A stretch of DNA of 63,494 bases, filler included, from Octopus bimaculoides (taxonomy: Eukaryota), in the NCBI RefSeq assembly GCF_001194135.2. It is 9 parts of 9 records of this genome, joined end to end, with 100 filler letters (N's around TTAATTAATTAA, not from the genome) between each part and the next. Parts side by side here need not be neighbours in the genome. Positions count along the whole stretch, not along the records: positions 1 to 14,964 come from NC_068987.1; 8 more parts are not named here. One strand, 5' to 3'. How positions within the stretch are numbered: the first letter of the stretch is position 1; each line of letters opens with the position of its first letter. This document shows positions 1-10,671 of this stretch, one piece after another. Under the pieces are notes generated by a model. The model saw only the letters and a list, made by a program, of their open reading frames with translations. It was not told the DNA's origin and did not search any database. The position numbers and the translations under genes were made by a program.

Positions 1-413
1 GTGTTAGACCATAATTCGAGGGACAGTCTACTTTTTAGCGTAGGGATGTACTTATCAAGTATTAGTTTACTTAATTTGCATAGGTCTGATCTATTAGGGC
101 ATATTAATCTAACTTTAGTGTCTGTAAGGAAGTTGGGTTTATGGTCTTTTAAAGTGATTCTAGGTCTAAGGGGTATAAATGGTTCAGTTTTTTCAGCTAA
201 GTTATATTCTAACATGATGTCCTTGGCTGCTAAGTTCATGGACCGTAAGGTGCTATCTGGTGTTACTTTATATTTTTTTGTTATTTCTTTGTGTAGGAGT
301 TGGTGGTATAAGTTGATGTCCATAGTGTAAGAGTTTCCAGTTTTGTCCGAGTGGACAATAATTCCATTCTGGGATTTTAGTTTGTGCAGTAGGTTTTTAA
401 GGTATCTCTGGTA
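1..413 (-). mobile_element. Penelope-like element (PLE) reverse transcriptase fragment, N-terminal RT region; runs off the window edge
   Basis: Manual translation of the minus strand is stop-free: YQRYLKNLLHKLKSQNGIIVHSDKTGNSYTMDINLYHQLLHKEITKKYK...RITLKDHKPNFLTDTKVRLICPNRSDLCKLSKLILDKYIPTLKSRLSLELWSN. The DKTGN, ITLKDHKxNF and RLIxP motifs match the PLE RT N-terminal motifs as I recall them. The frame is absent from the ORF track. Confidence 0.8.
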
Positions 414-526
414 ATTATATATATTGTAATTATATATATTGTATATCAAACCCAAGCTGTTATATTTAATTTGTTTATCTGCATAACTGCCCTCACCTCT
501 TTCTCTCTCTCTCTCAATATATATAT

Positions 527-598
527 GACAGGCTTCTTTCAGTTTCCATCTACCAAATCCACTCATAAGGCTTTGGTTGTTCCGAGGCTATAGTAGAA
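527..598 (-). mobile_element. SINE family A (tRNA-headed) 5'/central fragment
   Basis: Reverse complement matches the ttctactatagcctcgg...gtggatttggtaga.ggaaactgaaagaagcctgtc block of the copy at 51089-51421. Confidence 0.7.
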
Positions 599-600
599 TT

Positions 601-738
601 ACAGATAGATAGATAGATAGATAGATAGATACATACATACATACATAGATACATACATACATACATACATACATACATAGATACATACATACATACATAC
701 ATGCATGCATGCGTGGGTGTGTGTGTGTGTGTGTGTGT
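601..738. repeat. Compound microsatellite (GATA)n(TACA)n(TG)n
   Basis: Directly visible. Confidence 0.95.
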
Positions 739-916
739 AAGTATGTATTTCATTAAAAACATGACTATGTTCCATTTTTATCTTTTATTACAGGATTTTT
801 CATATTTTCATTCACGTTTTTGCAATTTGTTTGGAACAATAAAGTTCCTAGTTCCATGCACAATGTTTTCAGACATTGAAATGATGTTTCATCATTTCAA
901 ATCTTATTGTTTACTG

Positions 917-1160
917 TCATCATCATCATCATCATCATCATCATCGTTTAATGTCTGCTTTCCATGCTGGCATGGGATGGATGGTTTGACTGAGGACTGG
1001 TGAGCCAGAGACTGCACCAGGCTCAATCTGGTCTGGCAAAGTTTCTACAGCTGGATGCCCTTCCTAATGCCAAACACTACGAGAGTGTTGTGGGTGCTTT
1101 TTATGTGCCACTGGCACGAGGGCCAGTCAGGTGGTTCTGGCAATGACCATGCTCACGCTC
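917..1160 (-). mobile_element. SINE family R with RTE-like 3' tail ending in (GAT)n
   Basis: (CAT)n followed by gtttaatgtctgctttccatgctggcatggg...ggatgcccttcctaatgccaa. Related copies lie at 3946-4140, 13935-14190 and 40221-40470. The RTE tail assignment is from recall. Confidence 0.7.
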
Positions 1161-2412
1161 AAACGGTATTTTTGGCTATTTCTGGTAGATTGCACAAACT
1201 AAATTTGTTTTCAGTGTTCTAACAATCTTCTGTGGAATATGTTATGTAGCCCAGATAATTGCTAGAAATTTTAGATAAAACAGTTTATGGTGTGTGTTTA
1301 CCTAACTTAATAATTTTGAAGTTTGAGCATTAAATTAACTAACAGTTGCTGCATGGTTCAATTGTTGTTGTGGAGACAACATGATACATATTTTTTCTTT
1401 TAAACTTTTGCATTTTCATGTTACTAAAAATTAAGCATTTTGTTTCAATAGATCAACAGTCTTGGCAAAGATATTTTAATTCCCTCGAAATGTTTCTCAA
1501 AAAATCCTAAAAGTTTAATGTGATTTACTTGAGTATAAAGAAGACAAAGCAAGTGACTAGTATCAAACAGCTTAGAATCAAACAACTCAGTGTGTAGGCA
1601 TGCATATGTGCACTTGAAAGAAAGGGAGGGGCATATACACACACCTCCCCAAAAGTTTGCTTCAGATAAAAGTTAAAAGAAACATGAATAGTTTGTGTTC
1701 AAATTTAGAATTTTAGCATTTTCACTTCTTTTAATTGTTAGGAAACTGTAAATCATCATCAAAATTGCTACAAACTTGTTCAAAGTAAAGAAACATCTTA
1801 AAGTTAAATAATAAAAATTTTAAATGCTTTCATATGATTTAAACTTAATAGATTTACAGTAATACACTTTAGTTACTGCATAAATATTATCAATGACAAT
1901 TTTATTATTGGTTGGCAGATATCAGCATGGATCAAGGAACAGCTTGTTTGTAGAAATTATAAAACAAGATCATCAGCTCTTAGATTCTTCATTGCTGGTA
2001 CTTCTGGCTGATGAGACACAACATGTTGATACACTGATGTTCCAGAATCCCTTGTATTAATGAGTTGAGTGTGTCATGAACACAGAAGAAGCTGTTTTCC
2101 TGTCACAAACACAACAGTGATTAACGTATTTGCATTGAATCTCACTGTTCATCATGCAGATGATGATTTATTATTTTACTAAATTCTTCTTTATTTTCAA
2201 AATTAATTCAGACAAAATCATTGTATTGTAACCAACAGAAATGTGGTAACCAAAATGTTAATCCTTCAGGAGTTGATAAACTAAGTACTAGTTAAGTACT
2301 GGGAGTCTATTCAAAAGGACTATTATTCTCCTACCCAAATTTGTGAATCTTGTATTTATAATAGAAATCATCATCTCATCAATATCATTATTAATATTTT
2401 TATTATTATTAC

Positions 2413-3490
2413 TGGCAGTAAAGGTGGTGAACTGGCAGAATTGTTAGCATGCTGGGCAAAATTCTTAGTGGTATTTCATCTGTCTTTACATGCTGAGTTC
2501 AAATTCCGTCAACTTTGCCTTTCATCCTTTTGGGGTTGATAAAATAAGTACCAGTCAAGTACTGGGGTCAATGTGATCAACTTACCCCTCCAACCAAAAT
2601 CTCAGGCCTTGTGCCTATAGTAGAAAGGATTATTATTATTAGCCGTAAGTTGGCAGAATTCTTAGCATGCTAGACAAAAAGCTTAGTGGTATTTTATCCG
2701 TCTTTACTTTCTGAGTTAAAATTCTGCTGAGGTCAACTTTGCTTTTCATCCTTTTAGGGTCAATAAAATAAGTACCAGTAGAACACTAGGGTTGATGTAA
2801 TCGACTTATTCCCTCTTCTGGAATTGCTGGCCTAGTGATGAAATTATCATTATTTTTATCATTGGCAGTAAGATTCTGCCTTTCATCTTTTCAGGGGTGA
2901 TAAAAATAAGTACCAGTTGAGTACTGGAGTTGATGTAATCAACTAGTCCCCGCCCCACAAAATTCAGGCTTTGTTCCTATAGTAGATAGGATCATTATTA
3001 TTGGCGGTGAGCTGGTAGAATTGTTAGCATGCAGGTAAAATGCCTTGCTGCATTTTGTCTGTCTTTACATTTCGAGATCAATTGCCACCAAGGTCAACTT
3101 TGTTTTTCCTCCTTTTGGGATTGACAAAATAAGTACCAGTTAAGTACTGGGGTTGATGTAATTGACTAGCTTCTTTGCTCCAAAAGTTCTAGCAGAAAAG
3201 ATCATCATCATCATCATCATCATCATCACCATCACCATCACCACCAGCACCATCACCATCATCATCCTCATCATCCTCATCATTGTTACTGGCTATTTGG
3301 CAGAATTGTTAGCACGTCAGTCAAAATGCTTAGGGGCATTTTGTCTGCCTTTACATTGAGTTCAAATTCTGCTGAGGTCAACTTTGCTTTTCATCCTTCT
3401 GGGGTTGATAAAATAAGTATCAGCTGAACATTGGGGTTGATGGAATTGACTTCTCTATCCCCTCAAAATTACTGGCCTTGTGTCAAAAAT
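2413..3490 (+). mobile_element. Head-to-tail array of about 5 SINE family B copies separated by (ATT)n/(ATC)n tails
   Basis: Repeated unit ggcagaattgttagca...gagttcaaattc...gtcaactttgcctttcatcc...gataaaataagtaccag...ggccttgtgcc at about 2413, 2641, 2862 (truncated), 3003 and 3290. Confidence 0.85.
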
Positions 3491-3596
3491 AAAAAAGAAT
3501 TTATATTGTTAGGGCAAACACATTGTAGAATAATTAACATTTTCATACAACAGAGCAATAAATACTATTTTATTCATCGACTTAATAATCTTTACT

Positions 3597-4685
3597 ATTG
3601 CTATAGGCACAAGGCCTGGGATTTGTGGGGAGGGGACTAGTCGATTGTATCGACCCCAGTGTTCCATTGGTACTTAGTCTATCGACCCCGAAAGGATGAA
3701 AGGCAAAGTCGACCTCAGTGGAATTTGAACTCAGAACATAAAGATGGATGACTCATCAACTTAATAATGATAACTGTTTCTAACACAGGCACAATGCATG
3801 CAGTTTTGACGGGAGGTGGTAAGTCAATACTTTTGACCCTGGTATTTGGTTGGTACTTAATTTTATCAACCCTGAAAGATGAAAGACAAAGTTAACCTTG
3901 GCAGAATATAAACACAAAATGTAAAAGAGTTGGAGTCATCCTTATCATCATCCAGTCCAAGCTGGCATGGGTTGGACAGCTTGACAGGAACTGATAAAGC
4001 CAGGGCCCACACCAGGTTCCATAATGTTTTGACTTGGTTTCTGCTGCTGGATGTCCTTCTTAATGCCAACCACTCCTCATAGTGCACTGGGTGCTTTTTA
4101 TGTGGTACCAGTACCCACACTAATGTTTTTATGTGGTACTTTGGCTTTAGGACCTCAATTCTGTTATGGTGGGCAGGTCTTCTCAAGTTCAACAATGTGC
4201 TACATATCTCAAATACCATGAAGCATTTTTCTGATGCTCTAATGATTTTGCCATATTTCTCACTTTATAATAATTATAATAATGTTCCAAAGTTTGGCAC
4301 AAGGCTAGCTATTTTTAATGGAAGGAGCCAGTTGATTACACTGATCTCAGTATTTAACTGGTACTTCATTTTATTAATCCCAAAAGAATAAAAGGTAAAG
4401 TTGACCTTGATGAGATTTGAACTCAGAATGTTCAGGGCCTGAAGTCATGCTGCAAGGTATTTTTTTGATGCCACTAACAATTCTGCCAATCTACTGCCCT
4501 AATAATTCTAATTTTGGCACAAGGTCAGCAATTTTGAAGGGAGGGAGAAGTGAATTACATCAACCCCAGTGCTCAACTGGTACTTATTTTATTGACTCTG
4601 AAAGGATGAAAGGTAAAGTCAACCTCAGTGACATTTGACCTGAGGACATAAAACTGGAAGAAATTCCATTAAGCATTTTGTCCAT
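3597..4685 (-). mobile_element. Cluster of minus-strand SINE B copies with an inserted family R copy (3946-4140)
   Basis: ggtactta.ttt.atc.accc.gaaaggatgaaaggcaaagtc.acct, the reverse complement of the B core, recurs at about 3670, 3850, 4360 and 4580. Confidence 0.8.
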
Positions 4686-4919
4686 GGATAGACAGTCATG
4701 AGATCGTTTCTTGAACCAGTTTTGCATTTAGTTCCACAGGTATCACACTAAATTCTCAAGTAGCCAATAGACTGTACCTTAGTGATTAGTTAGCCTGCAC
4801 TGATCTATATATGTTCTCCCACAGGAACAGTAAACTACAAGGATTAGAACCCTCACCAAGAAGAGATTTATCTCTACTTAATGCTATGACAACTGGAAAT
4901 TAACATTGATGACACGGAT

Positions 4920-5437
4920 CAGCAATTCACAACATGGGGCATACATCTCACTGGAGGAGCCTGGGAAAATTGGGGTGGGGCATGGTGCTATAGTCACTCG
5001 GCACAAGGTTCTCCTTAAATTAATTCACTTTTTTCTCTTAGACAATAATGTACTTAATAAAAGAGTTACCAGTAGATTCTTTTGTATTAAATAACTGTGA
5101 TAAAATATTGGTTTCAAATTTTAGCATAAGGCCAGAGGTTTCAGGGAAGAGGCTAAGTTGTTTACATCACCCCCCGGTGCTCAACTGGTACTTATTTTAT
5201 TGACCCCAAAAGGATGAAAGGCAAAGTCAACCCTGGCAGAATTTGAAATCAAGTTAAAGGTGGACAAAATGCCACTAAGCATCTTGCCCAGCATGCCAAC
5301 AATTCTGCTAGCTCTTCACCTTTAACTGTGATAAAATATTAAAAATAAAGTTGCCTTTTTCCAACCACTGGTGGAGCATACCTTTTTCTGGTAAGTTATA
5401 GTGGGGGGTCTGAGGGAAAATAGGTTGGGAAACACCA
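4920..5437 (+). mobile_element. Non-autonomous hAT-Charlie-like element, internally deleted, containing a nested SINE
   Basis: Ends cagcaattcacaacatg...ggttgggaaacacca are homologous to the element at 12249-12812. Internal segments (ggcacaaggttctc, gtattaaataactgtg, gcctgggaaaattg) match it in reverse complement. Confidence 0.7.
5110..5322 (-). mobile_element. SINE B insertion with an 18-bp target-site duplication
   Basis: taactgtgataaaatatt occurs at both 5092-5109 and 5323-5340, flanking a B copy. Confidence 0.85.
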
Positions 5438-5619
5438 ATATAGATCCTTCATAATTTGTAGAACTTTGATTGACTGGCCAATGGTACCAAACCATTTTAT
5501 AGGTCTAGAAATATTGCAGAATTAATTTAGCACTTGTGAGTTCTTAGCATTAGTATAAAGAATAAGGGGATAATTAAGAATGAGGCAGCAGGTAGCTACA
5601 AAAAGCAAGGTAGTTAAGA

Positions 5620-5880
5620 GTGAGTGAAACTTAAGAATGGAGTGTGGTAGTTACTAAAGCTGTATTGATTATGTTGTTTATTCTCCAAATTAGCACCAGA
5701 TCAAGTTGATCAATGATAATTGTATTTCAGCCATAAACATCCTATCTTTTTTACAGATACTGTGTATCTAGGATTACTTTATCCAATGTATCCTTCCTCT
5801 TTTAAGATAGCAGGGTGTGATATAAGAAAAAATTAGCTATTGTATCTTGCAAGTCGAGAAACAGAGGCTCACTTACTTGT
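5620..5880 (+). repeat. Unclassified interspersed repeat family D (diverged)
   Basis: The motif ...gggtgtgatttgag..agatttggctgctatttctagca... is shared with about 7200-7380, 12080-12240, 43230-43390, 52460-52520 and 60092-60700. Confidence 0.5.
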
Positions 5881-6665
5881 ATTATTGTTTTCATAAGGTG
5901 CAAAACTTATGTAATTTAACACAACCAAAATATTTTTGTCAAATACTGTATTTATTTGGATATAATACACATTAATGTGCCATGCACAGCCATAATTATG
6001 AGCAATGAAGTCCTTGAAAAAATATCTTTTTCTGTATGCTAAGCACTGACTCTTCTTTAATATGATGTACAGAGAAAAGAGTGTTTAGTTAAATTTACTA
6101 CAATTGCTGTTTAAATTCACTGAAAGTTCATGTATACAAAACAAAATAAAAAGCAAACTTTAAGATAACCTTTTGAACTTTACTAATGTAGGCTGTAAAA
6201 GCTTGCCAGTTGTAAAGTTTACATTACGGAAATCACATGACCATGCTTGTTCTTTTCCTTTAAACAGTTTTTATTATACCTAAATAAATATGGTATTTAA
6301 AAAAGAAGGAAAGGAATGGTACCATGTATAAACTAGGAATAAGTAACATGCTACAATTAAACAGGAAGTAAACAACACTGACAGGACTAAACTAAAAATA
6401 AGCAATGTTATCATGGTTAAAGAAGAACATGTTTGACCATGGCTCTACCCATTAAAATAAGACAAAACACTGTCATTGCTAAACAGGAAATAACAAACAT
6501 TGTTGTGATAAAACAGCAAGTTAAAAACTGAAAGGAATATGAACATGACTATACTAGAAACAGGTTTTGATGTAAATAATAGTTCCGATATTGTTCGATT
6601 ATAAGTAAGACACACAACCACAATACTACAGGAAGTGGGACACGCTACCACAGCTATGCAGAAAA

Positions 6666-6893
6666 TTAACCCTTTAGCAATTAAACCAGCCATATCCAGC
6701 CAAAATATTCTGCCTCTTTTATGTTCAAACTGACCAGGTCCAACATCTCATATTTGCCCTACAATGTCATACTAGAACTAAACAATCACATCATCAAAAT
6801 CTTCAAGCCACAAGATAATGCATGATTAATTCAAAACAATGTAAATAAATAAGCATTATATATGACAGAATAATCTGAATGCTAAAGGGTTAA
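6666..6893. mobile_element. TTAA-flanked MITE (piggyBac-like ends)
   Basis: Perfect 14-bp terminal inverted repeat including the TTAA: ttaaccctttagca...tgctaaagggttaa. Confidence 0.8.
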
Positions 6894-7669
6894 ACATCCT
6901 GCAGCAGTTATACAGGAAGTACGACTGCCATATCTAAAGAAGAAATAACATGAAAGTATCTTTTCCTCCCTCAGTTATTTTACATCAAAATTTTTCCATA
7001 GTTAAATAGGTGGAATGGTCAGCCCTGATCAAGCCAACTTGGTGCAACCACAAATCCATTGTGTACAGATATCAGTTGACTATACACTTTGACATGCAGT
7101 ATTTTATTGTATGATGGGATAGTGTGTCAATCTGAGCCTGTTGGTTTCTCTTATTATCCAATCTGCTTTTGTAGGTGCAGCTGAGTCATTATTTAGTTTC
7201 AGTTGAACACTAATCAACCAGATTAATGATAAAAGATGTTCTAAGCCTGACCATCCCATCATTTCTTCACAGAATGTATCTAGTACTAAATATTCAATGT
7301 GAACTACTTGTTTTTAAGAGCATAGGTTGTGATTTGAGGTAGATTTACACCTATTTCTAGCAGTCTGAGAGACTATTTTATTGGTGCAGTTATTTTTACA
7401 GCTGGACATTTTCCCCTTTTAATTGTGAAGCAGAAAGTGATGCCTATTATGTCAGATTAGACAAACTTAAGTGTGTTGTGCCTTACTTAATAACATTATA
7501 CTACAGCTGTTGTAAAGTTTAAACTCATAACCTTGTGGTTAGCTGTTGAGTACACCTCATAGCCACTGTGAGTCACAAAAAAGAGACAAGGAAAATAGTG
7601 AAATCTACTTAAAAGTGTGAGTTTTATATTTGATTTATTTCTTAACAAAGCTTTTATACAGGGTTTAAG

Positions 7670-7729
7670 TCAACCAAACATAGAATTGTGTAAAGAATCA
7701 AGTTCAAAATCTCTTTGTTTCTGGCGGGC
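7670..7729 (-). CDS. RNF181: RNF181-like E3 ubiquitin ligase, terminal coding exon (ARQKQRDFELDSLHNSMFG*)
   Basis: Polypyrimidine acceptor ttttctcttttctattgcag, phase 0, TGA at 7670-7672. It resembles the RNF181 C-terminus (LxxLHxxMx). A candidate AATAAA lies at 7634-7639. Confidence 0.9.
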   Translation of the reverse strand, partial: ARQKQRDFELDSLHNSMFG

Positions 7730-7839
7730 CTGCAATAGAAAAGAGAAAATGGTTTACTTGAGAAATGGAAGGAGGAAGGTTGAAATAATTGATTAATTAC
7801 ACATCATCGTCACCAATGTCATTATGCTCATCAACAGTG

Positions 7840-8060
7840 TTCGAGGATATGGGTTTGGACCAGTAACTGATGATATGAAATACAAAATTGATCAAAAAGT
7901 TCTGTGCATTGATGGTGAAAGCTATCTATAGTAGTATGGTGGATGCAGACTAAGGAAGATCTGGGACGAAATAATTAGGTCACATGTGAGGAAGAATTAT
8001 ATGCATTACAGATGTTATGTGACTGAGAAATATATAGGGATGTTGTATTGTAGAATACCA
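7840..8060 (+). mobile_element. Highly degraded RTE LINE ORF2 3' remnant in the last RNF181 intron
   Basis: Translation fragments such as GCRLRKIWDEIIRSHVR resemble the RTE C-terminal GRPRKTWxEVVRxD motif. Confidence 0.45.
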
Positions 8061-8794
8061 AATCCCTATGAACATAAAAGAAAAAAAATAAATTAAAAGA
8101 ACTCCACAATGATGATTTCTTATATCAATCAAAGGCCACAAAATGTTGAAGAAGAGTTTCTAATTAATAACAAAGTCAGTCCCAGTGGCTTTTGATCTCT
8201 AAAATCATAAATGAGTGTTAGTAAAAACAGCAAAACTTTTAGCCTTGCACTCAAACTGCTTATGCTACTCCATCATTCCCATGAGAGTGATGTTATAAAA
8301 TATCAGCAAAATATCATCAATTTGGGGCAAGGATATGACAAGTAACTATTTTGCCTAGTTTATCAAAGATATCCAAACTTGCTATTCACTCAGTTGATCA
8401 TTTTCAAGAATTAATCTACAACTGAATGTAGAACGCATCTATATTGTTTAAGCAAAATGTGATACAGATGTGAAAGACTTGAAAGAAAATGAAAAAACAA
8501 AATTAGTAACCAAGGAGCTGATGTCATGGTGTATGACTCCCAATTCACCAGTCAAATAATCCCTTACACAGATTATCTTAATTCTGAACTGTTTTTTTCT
8601 TCTTCTTATGTACCTCCAAGATGGTGAGGGCACAAAAGTGATTGTAAACAGAGTTGTATCTCCCTCCATCCTGGTAGTCCAAGTGGACTATAATTTTAAA
8701 AACAATATTCTATTTCAGAATGTAGTTACTGAATGGATTATTTTGATGTCAGTTCAATTTTTGCTGGTTGCTTGCTAAGGAATCTTCTCCATCA

Positions 8795-9180
8795 CCTCAA
8801 TAAACTCCATCCAATCCATGTAAGCATGTCCACTTTTCCATGTTTGCATGGATTGGATGGAATTTATTGAGGTTGATTTTCTATGGTAGGATGCCCCTTC
8901 TGTTGCCAACCCTCACCTGTTTCTATGCAGAGTAGTATTTCCCCATGGCCTGACATACTTTCACAGAAGATGGAAATGAATGACACTGCTTGTATGAGAA
9001 TGACATTCACAACTGTCTTACAATTTCAAGACAAGAAGACTCACACTTATATACAAATACATTCACACATACATATATACAATAGCCACCTTTCAGTTTT
9101 TGTCTATCAAACCAACTCACAAGGCTTTGGTCAGATGATTAGGAAGCAGACTTCTCAACCACACAGCCATGGCTGCACCT
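8795..9180 (-). mobile_element. Family R-related SINE remnant plus a SINE A head fragment (about 9080-9180)
   Basis: ttccatgtttgcatggattggatgg...ggatgccccttctgttgccaacc, then tttcagtttttgtctatcaaaccaactcacaaggctttgg...aaccacacagcca. Confidence 0.55.
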
Positions 9181-9696
9181 ATTTTATCTAAATCAATATA
9201 CACACTTGTAACAGCACTAGATTAAAAGAATGATGGTTAAAGCATAATGTACATACAAAACTATAATAGCACTATTTGTAATATTTTATCTTAGAGAAAC
9301 TTTATCAAAGAAATACAAGTCTCTTTGAGAAGTTTGTCTGAGACAAAATATTACTGCTGGAGCCATTCTATGCTTGTATGTACATTATAAATGTTATATC
9401 CACTTTATTCAATTTTATCTTTTTTCTTCACTGAATATTAAATAATTTCAAATTGAAAAATATATATCTACTTTGAGTTTTTTTTTTCCTTTCATGATTT
9501 TCATGTTTGAGGAAAACAGCCTTTTTTTTATGCATTTGTCTTTTCAAATTGAAAAATATTCAGAAAAATTTGAAAGTAAATTTTTATCAAGAACCAATGT
9601 GATTATTTATAAATAGCCAGAACATTCACTACTGTATAAAAAATAGCCTAACATCTGTATTGTAGAAATAACTACTCACATATGAAAAAAACTTAC

Positions 9697-9771
9697 CTTG
9701 TGAGCCCGATATTCTTCATATTCTGGATTGTCTGTTGGGAATTCTGTCCGACACATTGGACATGTGTTAAC
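9697..9771 (-). CDS. RNF181: RNF181-like exon ([25 protein letters not shown])
   Basis: ctttag acceptor, gtaagt donor, 75 bp, phase 0/0. It carries the last RING CxxC and the PTD motif. Confidence 0.92.
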
Positions 9772-10107
9772 CTAAAGAAAGATGAAGCCATTTAAAATTG
9801 TGTCAGGAAACAGATAAGGCATGTGTTAATGCATGTAGAATATTAGGATACATATTAATGCATGTAGAGTATTAGGACACATGTTAATGCATGTGGAAAT
9901 TAGGACAGCCATGAAAATACATGGGTTTCTTGATGCATCTTGACATGTTGCATGATCATCTTAAGACGCCCGTAACTATGTCTAGGTTGTTTTGTCATTT
10001 GATAGACTACGTGTAATATAACCTTCTCAATAAATTCTGCTGGATTCATGTAAGAAGGAATAAGTAGACATTAATATGATGATGATGATGATGGTGTTGA
10101 CACTCAC

Positions 10108-10223
10108 CTTCTCTAACCATGGTAGGATACAACTACTGTGGAACTGGTGGTTGCAAGGTAAAGTCTTTATTTCATTATTTTCCTCAAACTCACCAAGACA
10201 TATTGTACATTTGAGAGAATCTT
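10108..10223 (-). CDS. RNF181: RNF181-like exon with the RING-H2 core (DSLKCTICLGEFEENNEIKTLPCNHQFHSSCILPWLEK)
   Basis: tttcag acceptor, gtgagt donor, 116 bp, phase 1/0. Pattern C-x2-C...C-x-H-x2-H-x2-C-x3-W. Confidence 0.93.
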
Positions 10224-10383
10224 CTGAAATGGTAACAGAACAAATGTTTTTTTAATAAATGAAGAGTGAGGATTCATTGATTCATTTATTAACTAAGTTG
10301 GTTAACACACTTACTGATGACCAAATACATACATAAACCATATTTGTGGTCAATGTACCTGAAGAGTCAACAATTATAGTCCA

Positions 10384-10608
10384 TTTACCCTTTTGTTACC
10401 CATTTCTGCTGAAATATATTGTTTATTTCAATAAATTTTGAAAATACTGAAAAATTTTAGTAAAATAACTCATTATTAAGCTGGTGTTTGGAACATAAAT
10501 TAACATGAAATATAGAGGGAAGGGTTTAATTTAGATCACATTAAAACAGGAAGTTTTGCCTCACAGAATCAGGGGTAGTCTGAAACAGGTTGGTATCAAA
10601 AGGGCTAA
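10384..10608. mobile_element. TTAA-type MITE (second family)
   Basis: TIR cccttttgttacca...tggtatcaaaaggg with 1 mismatch, flanked by degenerate ttta/ctaa. Confidence 0.65.
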
Positions 10609-10671
10609 CAGGCCTCACATCATGTCTATAGTAAAGCTACTTAACATATAAATGCTTCCTGTGGTGAATAT

